From: Thermoplasmata archaeon
Lineage (GTDB): Archaea > Thermoplasmatota > Thermoplasmata > Thermoplasmatales > GCA-001856825
Assembly (NCBI GenBank): GCA_021792255.1
Contig: JAJYUZ010000001.1
Coordinates: forward strand, 128,001 to 192,000
DNA length: 64,000 nucleotides
Direction: 5' to 3'
In this document: piece after piece, positions 8,777-19,589 of the stretch
Numbering within the stretch: position 1 is the first letter of the stretch
Layout: each line of letters starts with the position of its first letter
The notes under the pieces: model-generated
What the model was told of the DNA's origin: nothing
Database searches by the model: none
The model's input: only the letters and a program-made list of their open reading frames with translations
Made by a program: the position numbers and the translations under genes

Positions 8777-10875
8777 TTGACTCTTAAACCCTCTTTTGGG
8801 GATCCATCTAAGACGAGTTTTCCATTTTGTATCTCTAAGAACAACTGTCGATCATCAAGAAAGAGAGCAGGAACGGTACACGAGTCACTTCTTACGGTCT
8901 TAATACTGAATTTCCTAAATTCTTCAATCGAAATCTCCGTTGAAGTGATCTGCATATCTCCGATCTTTACTTCTTCTCCAATACTTGCGGAATCCGGAGC
9001 TATTACGAGATGAATTCCGTTCTCGTCTTCAGCAGCCAATAGCATACCATATGATTTCTCTCCCCTTATTTCGGCTTGCTTTAGATTTGTGACCACAACT
9101 ATATTCTTGCCAATCAGTGCATCTTTACTATAACTGTTCTTTATTCCACTCACAATCCGTCTTTTGCTATCGCCAAGATCCAAGTCTAGGAGGTAGAGTC
9201 TCTCAGCGTTAGGGTGATCCGTAACACCTTCGACTCTAGCGATTTGCAATTTTAGGTTCAACTCTTTGTCCTCAATTTTTTCGAACAACTTCTCCGGCTT
9301 GGTCGTAAGTTTCAAAACAGGGAAATTCAGACCTTCACTTATCTCTACTGGGTGCTCGTAACCCAACCAAGACAGTATCTTCTTTGATGTATCCGGTAAA
9401 AAGATCTGTCCCAATACAGCCAACGCGAAGACGAGCTTGGCTCCGGTATAGATCGCTGCATTGCAGTTGGCATCGTCCTTCTTGCAGGCTTCCCAAGGTT
9501 TTCTCTTTGTTACGTAGCTGTTGCCAAAATATGCAAGGTCGAGCCAGACCCTAAACGCATTTCTGATGTGTACTGAGTTCATCTCGTTAATCATACTGGA
9601 TATGGAATTCCCGATCGTCCTCTCAGCTTCTAGATCGAGGTCATTCTGAGCTATTTGGTCCGCTGTGACAGTGCCCTTCTTGAAGGCCAATATTAACGCT
9701 CTGTTTACGAAGTTTCCGAACTTGTCAATGAGTTCAGTGTTGACCCTATTTTGAAATTCTTCTATGGAGAAATCTGAATCATGATCTTCAGGAAGATTAT
9801 AGAGCACTCCAAACCTTATGTACTCCGCTTTGTATTTCTCAAGCATCTGGAGCATTGAGAACCCTGTCCCCTTGCTCTTAGAAAACTTCTCTCCCTGAAA
9901 GTTAAGATACTCATTTGCAGCAATATAGTATGGTAGTGTCATGTCTCCGTGGGCGAGCAACATGCCCGGCCAAATTATGGAGTGGAAGGCAATATTATCC
10001 TTGCCCATGAAATGGTAGTGCTTGATCTCTTTATCTTTCCACAGTGCGAGCGCTTCTTTTTGACTACCAAGAACTTCAGACACACCCGTCAAGTAACCTA
10101 TAAGCGCTTCGAACCAGACATAAACCTTCTTCTGTTCATATCCTTCAAAGGGGGCGTCAACGCCCCAACTCAGATCCCTGGTAATCGGTCTATCTTTGAG
10201 CCCTTTTGATATGAAATTCCTTGAGTAGTTTAGTACATTCTGCCTCCAAGCATCCCTTGACTCTATGTACTTGAGGAGTTCATCCTGAAGCTTGGACAGC
10301 TTGAAAAAGAGGTGTTTCGTCTGCCTAAACTCCGGTGTAGTCTGGTCAAAGATACAGATTGGATTTATCAGTTCATTTGGTTCGAGGGTTTGTCCACAAT
10401 TTTCACACTGATCGCCCGTAGCAGATTCATATCCACAATTAGGACACTTCCCCTTTACGTATCGATCTGCTAGGAATAGATTTTCCTTCACACAGAATGG
10501 CTGTGTCATTTCGGCTTCAAAGATGTATCCATTCGCCATTAAGACTTTCAAAAAGTCAGCAGTTATCTCTTTGTGGAGTTTGGATGAGGTTTCAATATAT
10601 GCATCGAATTCGATGCTCATTCTATTGAATATTTCGAGGTTAATTTTGTGGTACTTCTTCGCAATATCTTCTGGAGATATTCCTTCACGTATTGCCTTGA
10701 TGGTGATTGGGGTACCGTGCTCATCACTCCCAGAGGCAGAAATGACTTCGAACCCTCTCAGTTTCAAGTATCTTCTAAACACGTCGTACGGGAGATAAGC
10801 TCCTGCAATATGACCGAGATGAAGCCCGCTATTAGCGTAAGGTAATGCTACAAATACAAAGAATTTCCCTTTCAC
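8773..10875 (-). CDS. metG: Methionine--tRNA ligase with C-terminal tRNA-binding domain
   Basis: HLGH (HIGH), GSDEHG, zinc knuckles, KFSKS (KMSKS), C-terminal HPNAERL Trbp111-like domain. Confidence 0.96.
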   Translation of the reverse strand: MKGKFFVFVALPYANSGLHLGHIAGAYLPYDVFRRYLKLRGFEVISASGSDEHGTPITIKAIREGISPEDIAKKYHKINLEIFNRMSIEFDAYIETSSKLHKEITADFLKVLMANGYIFEAEMTQPFCVKENLFLADRYVKGKCPNCGYESATGDQCENCGQTLEPNELINPICIFDQTTPEFRQTKHLFFKLSKLQDELLKYIESRDAWRQNVLNYSRNFISKGLKDRPITRDLSWGVDAPFEGYEQKKVYVWFEALIGYLTGVSEVLGSQKEALALWKDKEIKHYHFMGKDNIAFHSIIWPGMLLAHGDMTLPYYIAANEYLNFQGEKFSKSKGTGFSMLQMLEKYKAEYIRFGVLYNLPEDHDSDFSIEEFQNRVNTELIDKFGNFVNRALILAFKKGTVTADQIAQNDLDLEAERTIGNSISSMINEMNSVHIRNAFRVWLDLAYFGNSYVTKRKPWEACKKDDANCNAAIYTGAKLVFALAVLGQIFLPDTSKKILSWLGYEHPVEISEGLNFPVLKLTTKPEKLFEKIEDKELNLKLQIARVEGVTDHPNAERLYLLDLDLGDSKRRIVSGIKNSYSKDALIGKNIVVVTNLKQAEIRGEKSYGMLLAAEDENGIHLVIAPDSASIGEEVKIGDMQITSTEISIEEFRKFSIKTVRSDSCTVPALFLDDRQLFLEIQNGKLVLDGSPKEGLRVK

Positions 10876-10940
10876 TCCCGTTGATAAAAGATAGTATATT
10901 AAAGCTTCAGGAAAGAAACCAGAATAAAAAAAAGAAAAAA

Positions 10941-11321
10941 TTAATGGGTCTTGAGACCCAGCTTGCTCACGTTTCTATGGTAGCCATTTGCGTACGTAGC
11001 GTATGAGTAACTGATTGCAGCTATCACCGCAGTCGTTATCGCCAGATAGAGGAACATCCTTTGTCCTCCAGCCAATACAACGACCGTATACACCATTGCC
11101 AGACCAGCACCAAGATAGACGAATGGAATAGCTCTCACTATCTTGTTCACCGAGTTAGACAGCAGGAGGTAAGAAGCCATCGAATATGCTAAGAAGGCAA
11201 ATGATGTATAGAGCACTGCCTGCAGTATTCCATTAGCAACCTGGAAGACGTAGACTACCAAGAGAAGCGAAGCAAGAAATCCAAACAGACCGGAAGCCAG
11301 TCTGAACCCTTTCTTCTCCAT
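10941..11321 (-). CDS. Hypothetical membrane protein (~4 TM)
   Basis: Four hydrophobic stretches; starts 2 nt after ftsZ stop. Confidence 0.65.
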   Translation of the reverse strand: MEKKGFRLASGLFGFLASLLLVVYVFQVANGILQAVLYTSFAFLAYSMASYLLLSNSVNKIVRAIPFVYLGAGLAMVYTVVVLAGGQRMFLYLAITTAVIAAISYSYATYANGYHRNVSKLGLKTH

Positions 11322-11323
11322 CT

Positions 11324-12415
11324 CTACATCACCGAGTCAATTTCTGCATCCAATCCCCTTGCTCCTTTTATGGCAACACCCTTGGAGGAGCTAAGGAAAT
11401 AAGGAGAGTTAACGCCCGTGAGGACTACAAGTACCTTGAACTCTCCTACGAGAGTAGGGTCCACAGAAGCCCCCCAAACTATTCTAGCCATTGGATTCAC
11501 TCTTTCTTGGACCATTCTGACGGCAGTCTCTGCCTGAGAAACGGTCATATCTTCTCCGCCCACGATTCTAACGAGTGCGCCTTTCGTGGTGGAGATATCT
11601 GCCTCGATCAGAGGGGACGAAATAGCTTCTGTAACGGCCTCTTCGACCGTCGCTTTACCGCCAGTACTTTCGCCGATTCCTATCATCGCGACTCCGCCTT
11701 CCTTCATTACTGTTTGAATGTCGGAGTAGTCTAGATTCACCAGTCCAGGCTTAGTGATAATCTCGGTCAATCCCTTTAGGGACTCCATGAGTATTTCGTC
11801 TGCGACCTTGAACGCTTGATCTAATGGTAACCTTGGAACAATTTCCAACAGCTTGTCGTTGGGTATTACGATTGTTGTATCTGAAACCTTCCTCAGTTTT
11901 TCGATTCCATAAATTGCGTTATCCATCCTAACTCTTCCCTCTGCAGCAAAAGGCAGGGTAACTATGCTTATCACTAGAGACTTCTGGTGCTTTGCAACTT
12001 CAGCAACGACGGGCGCGACTCCTGTTCCTGTACCACCGCCCATCCCTGAAGTGACGAAGACAATTTCAGAGTTCCCGAGTGAGGATTGAATATCATCGTA
12101 GTCCTCGCGCGCAGCCTCTTCTCCAATCTGAGGAATAGCTCCAGCTCCAAGTCCTCTAGTCGTTCTTTTTCCAACAAGTATCTTCCTGTTGGCCTGAACA
12201 GTTAGCAAATGTGGGGCGTCTGTGTTCATGGCTATCAACTCGGCACCAAATATCCCAGATTTGGCACAGCGGTTCACGGTATTGGTTCCTGCTCCACCAC
12301 AACCCACGATTTTTATGTTCACCTTCATCGATTCTACGATTTTTGCTAGTTCTTCATCATCCGGAGATATGAAGTTTCTCTGACCTTGATTAAAGTAATC
12401 GTTTGGCATAATCAT
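11324..12415 (-). CDS. ftsZ: Cell division protein FtsZ (FtsZ1-like N-terminus)
   Basis: [20 protein letters not shown] tubulin signature, GLVNLDYSD. Confidence 0.97.
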   Translation of the reverse strand: MIMPNDYFNQGQRNFISPDDEELAKIVESMKVNIKIVGCGGAGTNTVNRCAKSGIFGAELIAMNTDAPHLLTVQANRKILVGKRTTRGLGAGAIPQIGEEAAREDYDDIQSSLGNSEIVFVTSGMGGGTGTGVAPVVAEVAKHQKSLVISIVTLPFAAEGRVRMDNAIYGIEKLRKVSDTTIVIPNDKLLEIVPRLPLDQAFKVADEILMESLKGLTEIITKPGLVNLDYSDIQTVMKEGGVAMIGIGESTGGKATVEEAVTEAISSPLIEADISTTKGALVRIVGGEDMTVSQAETAVRMVQERVNPMARIVWGASVDPTLVGEFKVLVVLTGVNSPYFLSSSKGVAIKGARGLDAEIDSVM

Positions 12416-12462
12416 ACGTATGTCTGACGACCTATTTATAGTTTTCTTAATATTCTACGCAT

Positions 12463-13233
12463 TTACCGTTTTTCCAAGTCGTCTGACCCGAAGAAGATTT
12501 TCTGCAAAAAGTTATAAATGTCCTCCAGTCCTTCTTCCGATTCTGATGACGAAAAAATGCTCTCACCCAATATATTGAGGCTTTCACTACTCTCCAAAAT
12601 TGCTTCAGACAGTTGAACGTTCAATGTTGCCGACTGTGCTCTGAGATCGGTGATCAATTCGTTCTTGTTCCTATTCCATCTTGCAATCCTTTTCTTTTCT
12701 TCAGGCTCTAACAAATCAGTTTTCGATACCACGGTCAGAAATGGTAAGTAAAATCTGGTCATAACACTCATTGCAAGGAACCTGGAAGAAACATAGGATT
12801 CTGGGGTTTTCACCAGAACAGAGTCTAACAGGTACACAATAGTGTTAGATTCAGCACCTAGCGTATCGACCAATTGGGTCGAGGAACTCCTGAAAGCAAA
12901 AAGTTCTAACTGTCCCGGGGTGTCGATCAAGATATAGTCTGAGTCGTAGGAATCTATCAGTTCTTTGATCCTTTCAGCTTCCTGGATCATTAGGTCAGCC
13001 GCAACAATTTGGGCGCCATTTGGTCCAAGATTGTAGTTTTGCATCACGCTCTCCAGAGAAACTGTCTCCCTGATATCTATGTCTGGGGTGTACGGAAGAA
13101 ACTCTGCCCCGGGGTCTAAATTCACCGTGATTGCATCGTAATTCATGTTTTCCATCCATTCTTTGAATGAGTTGACCAGGCTCGACTTACCCGATCCTGC
13201 AGTTCCTACGAAATATACTCTAGGTATCATCAA
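12463..13233 (-). CDS. GPN-loop GTPase
   Basis: GTAGSGKS, VNLDPG, LGPNGA, DTPGQLE. Confidence 0.93.
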   Translation of the reverse strand: MMIPRVYFVGTAGSGKSSLVNSFKEWMENMNYDAITVNLDPGAEFLPYTPDIDIRETVSLESVMQNYNLGPNGAQIVAADLMIQEAERIKELIDSYDSDYILIDTPGQLELFAFRSSSTQLVDTLGAESNTIVYLLDSVLVKTPESYVSSRFLAMSVMTRFYLPFLTVVSKTDLLEPEEKKRIARWNRNKNELITDLRAQSATLNVQLSEAILESSESLNILGESIFSSSESEEGLEDIYNFLQKIFFGSDDLEKR

Positions 13234-16200
13234 AGTCCTCCAGTGTTTTGAAGTTATTGTCCCTTGCCTCGAAAATTGAATTTACAGACTCTCTCATTAT
13301 CTTTATTCTCTGCCTTATGTAGTTGCTTACCTCATACTTGTTTGTGATGTCATAACTTGTGTCGAGATACTTTGTGATGTTCCCGCGATGAACAGTTCCT
13401 ATCAGTTTGGTCCCACACTTTCTGCACTTTCCTGAGATGGGCAATCTCCTGTATATTTGGTTACAGCTGGTACACCTGAAAGTTTGAGAACCGAACTTAT
13501 TGAGATTTCCCATGATGTCCGGAATGAAATGAGACTTGAGGATTCTCTCGGCCATGTCTGAAGCATCGACAGCCCTCAACTTACGTGCTAGGTCGAGAGT
13601 GATCTCAAGTTTTTCTTCCATGCTGGGAATACTCTTGTAGCTGGAACTTAGAGTCCCAAGATTTATGGACGGAGTGTCATCGGTGAATTGACATTTTGGA
13701 AACGATTCCCCATCCTTGACCCTCATTCCGGTCGTTATTACGTATTTTGTAATTTCAGATGGATCCGGGAATGTTGCGGTCATCTCTAGCAGTTCTAATG
13801 GGTATTCCCCAGTTATATCGAGATTCAATGCTTCTTTGTCAATTTCGGTTGGGTCTATTCTTAGAGACAGAACCAGAGGTGCGTCCATCATGCTTCCTCT
13901 AGAGTTTGGTAAATAGTCCAGCGAGAAGTTCAACAATCCGTCCAAAAGTAGCATAATCGAATCCTCGTCTCCATCGCAGTTTCTTCTCTTGGCTGCGTGG
14001 AAGAAGGGATGAGCATAACATACATCTCCGTCGGTATACCCGATTATTCTACCTAGTATGCCTCCGGAAGTATGAGGCGCCAGCCCGATAATAAGAGCAC
14101 CTATGAGATCTTCCTTGCTTTTTGCTTCGTAAAATGGATTCAAAAAATAGAATTTCTGGAGGAGCTGGTCAATGTAATTTGATACTCGAAGAAGGTAATC
14201 TCCCGCCTTTTTGCTTGGAACGATGTCTTGGGGGAACAGCTCAACTATTTGGGTGACGTCGACCAGCTCATTCCCCCTGTAGTCTGAAGCATATCCGAGA
14301 ATCTTTGCCTTTTCAGTAGTCAAGCCTATCTCGTCAAGTCTAGCGTGTGTCAAGGGAACATCAGACATGTCGAATCGACACGTCCCATCCTTGAAGGGAT
14401 ATACCGAATTGATTGCCCTGAGTATTCCTTTCTCAATCGGTTCTGGCGTTTTGTGTGACGACGTCAAGCCCCTCACGCCATTGACCTTTTTTGGAATTGC
14501 TACAGATAGTTGATCCCCCTTAACGCGAAGCGACTCGGAAATGTTTATATCAAATTCTTTTGTCTTTCCAGTGGGAGTGGTGTGTGAGCCACACTTTTCA
14601 CAAATGTTTCTGAAAGAAATATTACCACACTCAGGACACTGTCTTACCTGCATTTCAGGGCCGAGTAGTTCGTTATACTGATTTAGGTCCCTTCTGTTCT
14701 TCTGTACATTCCCAATAGGGAATAATACATGAACCGGAGGATTCATCTTTCTCTCCTCCGCCTTTTCCGGTCTTCCCATCCTTGCTCCTATTCTAGTAGA
14801 TCCCTTCGGGTATATTGGAAATCCTGCAAGTGAATTTACGACCCCCATTACATCGCCTCCAGACATTTTTTTTGTGGGCGTTGGTTTACCATCTCTGACT
14901 TCAAACCCCAGAGGGACTAGCAAGCTCCTATAATTCTTTACTCTTATTTTGTCGTATAAATCGAATTCACAGAGAAGGTCAGATAGGAATCTCTTGCTGA
15001 AATCCGTAGCAGGCAATTCTAGCGAACCGTTATTGACTAAAGAATCATTTTCCAGTATTTCCGAAAAGAGCTGGAGGTCTTCCAAGCTTACGTCGTGCCA
15101 TAGATATGTAAAAGATGGGTGTAGAGGAATCTTGTGGACGAGTGACGCTTCAACCGCATCATTTTCGGAGCTGATTCCTGGGATGAATCCTACCTTTTTC
15201 AGGCAAATTTGTCTCCACCAGGATTCAGTAAACGCACCAGGAAAGATGACCTTATTATTTTCTATGAATTCACCGAAAGAGATCATAATTTCTCCAAGAT
15301 CGACTATTTCTCGTATCTTATCGCTTATCGCGTTGAACGATTGGGCGTCTTTAAGAGTGACAAGGCTTCCCGATTCTAGTAGGACTGTCGGACCCTCCAA
15401 ATTACTGTTGGCCACAACTGCGCCTGCTTTTCCAGGTCTTTCCATCTTTATTTGGGTACCCAATGCTATGAAATCGTCCAGTATCTTCATTGTAATCGGA
15501 TTTATTGCAACTGCGGCCAGGCCGGTATTTCTCGATCTTCCATATCTAAGTCTAAATCCACCTTTTCTCGATGGATATGACAAAGCAGGTCTACCCGCAA
15601 GCATTTCCTTTAGGTAGTTCGAATTGGGGGAGAGATTTTTTTCTTCCTTCTTCTCAGACGAGAAAGTCCAGCCTTCGAGACCAAAGGTTCTGACATACTT
15701 TTTGAGCTTTGGACCTTTCAATATAAGTCCTTCTGCTATGACTAGTGCCATTCCACCTCTTAACCTGTTAGTTTCGACGTCTGGAAGGTTCCGGTGTCCC
15801 GTAATTTCTGTTTCCTCTGTTCCCTCTCCAGTTATGCAAACGGGAGAACCAGCAACCGCTGTCTCAATCTCTTCTATCGTCGGGACATACTGAAGGTGTT
15901 GCACTCTAGCATACAAGGGAATTTCTTCCTTACAACGCTCGGTTTCTTCTCGGCTGGCAATGTACTTCCCAATCCCGAACTTTCTCCTGAGGAGATCACC
16001 AATGAAAACACTCAGTGCTTGCGCGGTTCCACCAGCACTACGAATAGGTCCAGAGTAGTAGATCGCAAGGAAAGAATCGCCACTTCGGTGTTTTATTTTG
16101 ACCCCAGTTATACCTTCAAGCGGTGCCACTAGAATCCCCTCAGTCAAAATCGCAAGGGCTACTCTTATTCCCTTTTCAATCCTAATCTCATCTGGTCCAT

Positions 16201-16456
16201 CGTAATTCTCTGAAACAGAAATAGCTGCTTCGATTGCTACTCTCTCCCTGTCGTACTTCTTAGAAAGATTTTTTATTATTTCTGATGCTTCAATACCAGT
16301 GAGTGCCTGAACCCTGCCGGCTAGGTCTTCGGCCTGGGGTACTTCCACTTTAGTTTCACAGTCTTTTCCCTGAGCTCTAGCCTTCCCGGCTATTTCGTAT
16401 TGGAGGCTCGACCTATTCTTAAGCGTTTTAAAATAGTTCTCGAGCTCTTCGGACAT
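13220..16456 (-). CDS. polC: DNA polymerase II (PolD) large subunit DP2
   Basis: AILTEGILVAPLEG, GPIRSAGGTAQ, GGFRLRYGRSRN, KRRNCDGDED, C-terminal Zn finger. Confidence 0.97.
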   Translation of the reverse strand: MSEELENYFKTLKNRSSLQYEIAGKARAQGKDCETKVEVPQAEDLAGRVQALTGIEASEIIKNLSKKYDRERVAIEAAISVSENYDGPDEIRIEKGIRVALAILTEGILVAPLEGITGVKIKHRSGDSFLAIYYSGPIRSAGGTAQALSVFIGDLLRRKFGIGKYIASREETERCKEEIPLYARVQHLQYVPTIEEIETAVAGSPVCITGEGTEETEITGHRNLPDVETNRLRGGMALVIAEGLILKGPKLKKYVRTFGLEGWTFSSEKKEEKNLSPNSNYLKEMLAGRPALSYPSRKGGFRLRYGRSRNTGLAAVAINPITMKILDDFIALGTQIKMERPGKAGAVVANSNLEGPTVLLESGSLVTLKDAQSFNAISDKIREIVDLGEIMISFGEFIENNKVIFPGAFTESWWRQICLKKVGFIPGISSENDAVEASLVHKIPLHPSFTYLWHDVSLEDLQLFSEILENDSLVNNGSLELPATDFSKRFLSDLLCEFDLYDKIRVKNYRSLLVPLGFEVRDGKPTPTKKMSGGDVMGVVNSLAGFPIYPKGSTRIGARMGRPEKAEERKMNPPVHVLFPIGNVQKNRRDLNQYNELLGPEMQVRQCPECGNISFRNICEKCGSHTTPTGKTKEFDINISESLRVKGDQLSVAIPKKVNGVRGLTSSHKTPEPIEKGILRAINSVYPFKDGTCRFDMSDVPLTHARLDEIGLTTEKAKILGYASDYRGNELVDVTQIVELFPQDIVPSKKAGDYLLRVSNYIDQLLQKFYFLNPFYEAKSKEDLIGALIIGLAPHTSGGILGRIIGYTDGDVCYAHPFFHAAKRRNCDGDEDSIMLLLDGLLNFSLDYLPNSRGSMMDAPLVLSLRIDPTEIDKEALNLDITGEYPLELLEMTATFPDPSEITKYVITTGMRVKDGESFPKCQFTDDTPSINLGTLSSSYKSIPSMEEKLEITLDLARKLRAVDASDMAERILKSHFIPDIMGNLNKFGSQTFRCTSCNQIYRRLPISGKCRKCGTKLIGTVHRGNITKYLDTSYDITNKYEVSNYIRQRIKIMRESVNSIFEARDNNFKTLEDFDDT

Positions 16457-16489
16457 CGGAGTACTTATTTGATATTAGAATAAATAATT

Positions 16490-17104
16490 TCAATAATCAT
16501 CTAAGGTTGATGTTATCGTGTTAACGGTCTTCCATGACTTTCTTACGTGGGGTGGCAATCTCCCGTTTTTCCTGAAATAGTTCTTCAAAAACGCAATAGT
16601 CCTCTCATCAGACGGATATCCCGAACCAAAATCACCAATTTCTATTTTTATCTTCGAAATCTCTTTTTCCCTAGTGACTTTGGCGATTATGGACGCGGCA
16701 GATACGAGTGGATAGTTGACGTCTGCTTTGTGTTCAGCTATGATGTCGATGTTTCCGCTCAGTTGAGTCAGAAGCTTGGCAAATCTTTCTTCGTTTACGT
16801 CAGGACAGTCTACTATGTATTCATTATCGGGTCTAATCATTTTTGAGATGGTCTTTGCTTCCAACAGGTTGAGTTCTTTTTTTAGCGTCGACTCATCAAT
16901 GATTTCCTCATCGACGATTACGTATTCCACTGAAGCCGCCGATTTCATTATCTGATCAAACATCCGTTCTCTTATCGGTTCAGAAATAGTCTTTGAATCC
17001 TTCACCCCTATTTTCTTCATCGAATCTGGATCACCACAGACAACGGCCACTACCATCGGTCCGATCACTGGACCTCTTCCAGCCTCATCACACCCACACT
17101 GCAT
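16490..17104 (-). CDS. rnhB: Ribonuclease HII
   Basis: DEAGRGPVIGP, VKDSK, AASIIAKV.R, GSGYPSD, RKSW. Confidence 0.96.
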   Translation of the reverse strand: MQCGCDEAGRGPVIGPMVVAVVCGDPDSMKKIGVKDSKTISEPIRERMFDQIMKSAASVEYVIVDEEIIDESTLKKELNLLEAKTISKMIRPDNEYIVDCPDVNEERFAKLLTQLSGNIDIIAEHKADVNYPLVSAASIIAKVTREKEISKIKIEIGDFGSGYPSDERTIAFLKNYFRKNGRLPPHVRKSWKTVNTITSTLDDY

Positions 17105-17179
17105 CTTAAATCGTATCCACTTCTGCTCTATTATCTTAATGTAATAAGTATTCTTTTAGTATCATTGTTTAGAGACTCA

Positions 17180-18109
17180 TCACGGAATAAGTACCGAATT
17201 TTCCAAAGAAATTCCGTCATTCTCTTTGAGCTCTCGATCACTCGTAAAATTGATCTTCCCATATTCAGTCTCGACCAAATAATTATTCTTTATTCCCCTT
17301 TCTCTGTAGATTATTTTAATCTTAGTAGATCCACCTATCAAGACTTTTGAAGGGTGGATTGCATAGCTCGATTCCCCCTTTTGGTACAGGTTGTACCCAA
17401 GAATACGAGCAATACCAGCAGTCTTTGGATGATTCAGTATCTCTTCTTTCTTTCCCTCATCCAGTATCGTACCTTCGTCTAGAATTGCGATTGTGTCTCC
17501 CAGAATTTCGGCATCTGCTAGATCGTGTGTCACATAAATTATTGAGATGTTAAACTTCTGCTGAATGTCCTTAATGTACCATCTCATCACGTTTCTGAGG
17601 AAAGAATCCAGTGAAGACAGAGGTTCGTCCATCAATATGAGATCCGGTCCCGTCACCAGAGTTCGGGCAAGGGAGACCAGTTGTTTCTCTCCTCCACTTA
17701 GCTGTGAGGGAAACTTTCGAAGGTGGTCTTCAATGTCTAGAACCTTGCTAATCTCCACAACTTTTCTATTGATTTCTTTCACATCTTTAGTTCTTATCCT
17801 AAGTCCATAGGCTATATTCTCTGCTACGTTCATTGAGTAAAATAATCCCAAATCCTGGAAAACAAATCCGATATTTCTGTCCTCTATGCGCAAATGGGTT
17901 ATGTTCTTCTCGTCTTTGAATATGGAACCAGAATCGGGTTCGATAATACCCGCTATGCAGTTCAGAATACTCGTTTTTCCGCTACCGGAAGCACCTAAGA
18001 TTACTTTGATTTCCTTTTCCTTTAGTCTAAAGCTTACGTTCTTTAGGGTGTCCAACCCTCCGATCTTCTTTGAAACACCTTCGAGCCTAAGCTTGTCCAA
18101 CTGCACCAC
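17180..18109 (-). CDS. ABC transporter ATP-binding subunit (thiamine ABC, ThiQ-like)
   Basis: GASGSGKT, LSGGE, MDEP, VTHD; operon with permease and binding protein under a TPP riboswitch. Confidence 0.88.
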   Translation of the reverse strand: MVQLDKLRLEGVSKKIGGLDTLKNVSFRLKEKEIKVILGASGSGKTSILNCIAGIIEPDSGSIFKDEKNITHLRIEDRNIGFVFQDLGLFYSMNVAENIAYGLRIRTKDVKEINRKVVEISKVLDIEDHLRKFPSQLSGGEKQLVSLARTLVTGPDLILMDEPLSSLDSFLRNVMRWYIKDIQQKFNISIIYVTHDLADAEILGDTIAILDEGTILDEGKKEEILNHPKTAGIARILGYNLYQKGESSYAIHPSKVLIGGSTKIKIIYRERGIKNNYLVETEYGKINFTSDRELKENDGISLENSVLIP

Positions 18110-19589
18110 TCTTTCCTAACTGGTTTATAACGAAAGAGGAAATAAATATTACAATAAGGAAAATCTCGGTTAGATAATAAGTATCTCTGATGTCCCTCAG
18201 GAGCAGCAATTTGTAGATGCCTACAGTAATGGTCTCTGTAGATGCAGTATAGACGGTAACGATTGACGAAAATTCTCCCAATACGGTAATGAACATCAAT
18301 GATAGAATCGTTGAAACCTCCCATTTAATGCGCGGCAGCTGAACCTTGAAGAACGTTGAAAACGTTGAATCACCCAACGTTTTGGAGGAATAAGTTTCCG
18401 ATAGGGGAATCGTGTCTACTGCTTGGGACATCATTCGGATGTTCAGCGGGACTACGATCACAGTGAAAATCAGGATGATGAGCAGGCTTGTTGGAATGTA
18501 ATCGCCATAGACCAGAAAGTACGACAATGCTAAAGTCACTGGTGAAAAGATGAGTGGGAGCAGGATTAGAAACTGATTCCTGAAAGAGAACCGGTAAACG
18601 ACTATGACGATTGAAATCATAAATGCAATGAAGGTGCTGACAAAGGAGAAAACGAGGGTATTACCCAGAAGTATGGCCATTGAAATCTGAAGTTTCCTGG
18701 TCATTTCTACAACACTGATTTGCCATAACGGGTATTTTATGAACATCCCGAGCAGTGGGGTAAGTGCGAAAATTAGAAAAGCAACGAGTCCAAGGAGAGC
18801 TATAGAGTTGTATCGGCGAAGTGGAGGAGGCAGGCTTGAGTCATTTCTTCTAGATTTTGACTGTATTGAAAGATACGCGTAGAGAGGAACCACGAGAATG
18901 ACAACTTGTAGAAGTCCGAGGAAGGAAGCAGTAGAAAACGGGAACTGAGAAAATGCAGGAAAGACGTTTTTAAATTCATAGATCATGACTTCCATCGTCG
19001 AAAAAGATGGACCTCCGATAATCAACGGAAGGCTGAAACCCTCGAATGATAATATGAAAGAAAGTATCCCTCCAAGCATACCTCCTCTAAGGGAGTTCGG
19101 GAGATAGAATCTGGTGACTACCTGTGAATCATTTGCGCCGATGACCTTTGCAGAGTAAACTTCTCTGATGCTTGTAGAATTTCCGGTTGAATATGCAAGA
19201 ACGGCAATCAACGGCGCATTATATATGACATTGCCATAGATAATCTCCCAAAATCTAGATGAATATCCAAAGAGTGAGATGATCCCGAGTGCCATTATTA
19301 TTCCAGGCAAGACGTAGGTTACCAAAAGCAGCGAGATAATGACGTTCTTAAATCTCCCATTATAGATGATCAATAGGATACCAAACAGCAGACCAGTTCC
19401 AAGTGATATCGCAGTGGATATCGAGGCCTGCAGAAAAGATTGTCTTATTGACGCTGAAAGTACACTCAAGAAAAGTCTAGAGGGGGACACGCGGATAGAG
19501 TAGTAGACCAGAAAAATCAACGGAACTATGACTACTATGACGGCATAAACGGCGACGTAGATTAAAGGAATGGACCTGTCATGCCTCAA
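18087..19589 (-). CDS. ABC transporter permease, duplicated TM domain (ThiP-like)
   Basis: Two permease repeats with EAA-like loops (SAKVIGAN, SSKTLGDS), ~12 TM. Confidence 0.85.
   Translation of the reverse strand: MRHDRSIPLIYVAVYAVIVVIVPLIFLVYYSIRVSPSRLFLSVLSASIRQSFLQASISTAISLGTGLLFGILLIIYNGRFKNVIISLLLVTYVLPGIIMALGIISLFGYSSRFWEIIYGNVIYNAPLIAVLAYSTGNSTSIREVYSAKVIGANDSQVVTRFYLPNSLRGGMLGGILSFILSFEGFSLPLIIGGPSFSTMEVMIYEFKNVFPAFSQFPFSTASFLGLLQVVILVVPLYAYLSIQSKSRRNDSSLPPPLRRYNSIALLGLVAFLIFALTPLLGMFIKYPLWQISVVEMTRKLQISMAILLGNTLVFSFVSTFIAFMISIVIVVYRFSFRNQFLILLPLIFSPVTLALSYFLVYGDYIPTSLLIILIFTVIVVPLNIRMMSQAVDTIPLSETYSSKTLGDSTFSTFFKVQLPRIKWEVSTILSLMFITVLGEFSSIVTVYTASTETITVGIYKLLLLRDIRDTYYLTEIFLIVIFISSFVINQLGKSGAVGQA

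Noticed and set aside
13960-14010. Known intein insertion region of PolD DP2 (RRNCDGDED)
   Set aside because: Motif is contiguous and the protein is normal length; no intein present
14949-15617. 222-aa plus-strand ORF
   Set aside because: Antisense shadow of polC; Ser/Ile-rich composition typical of reverse-frame ORFs
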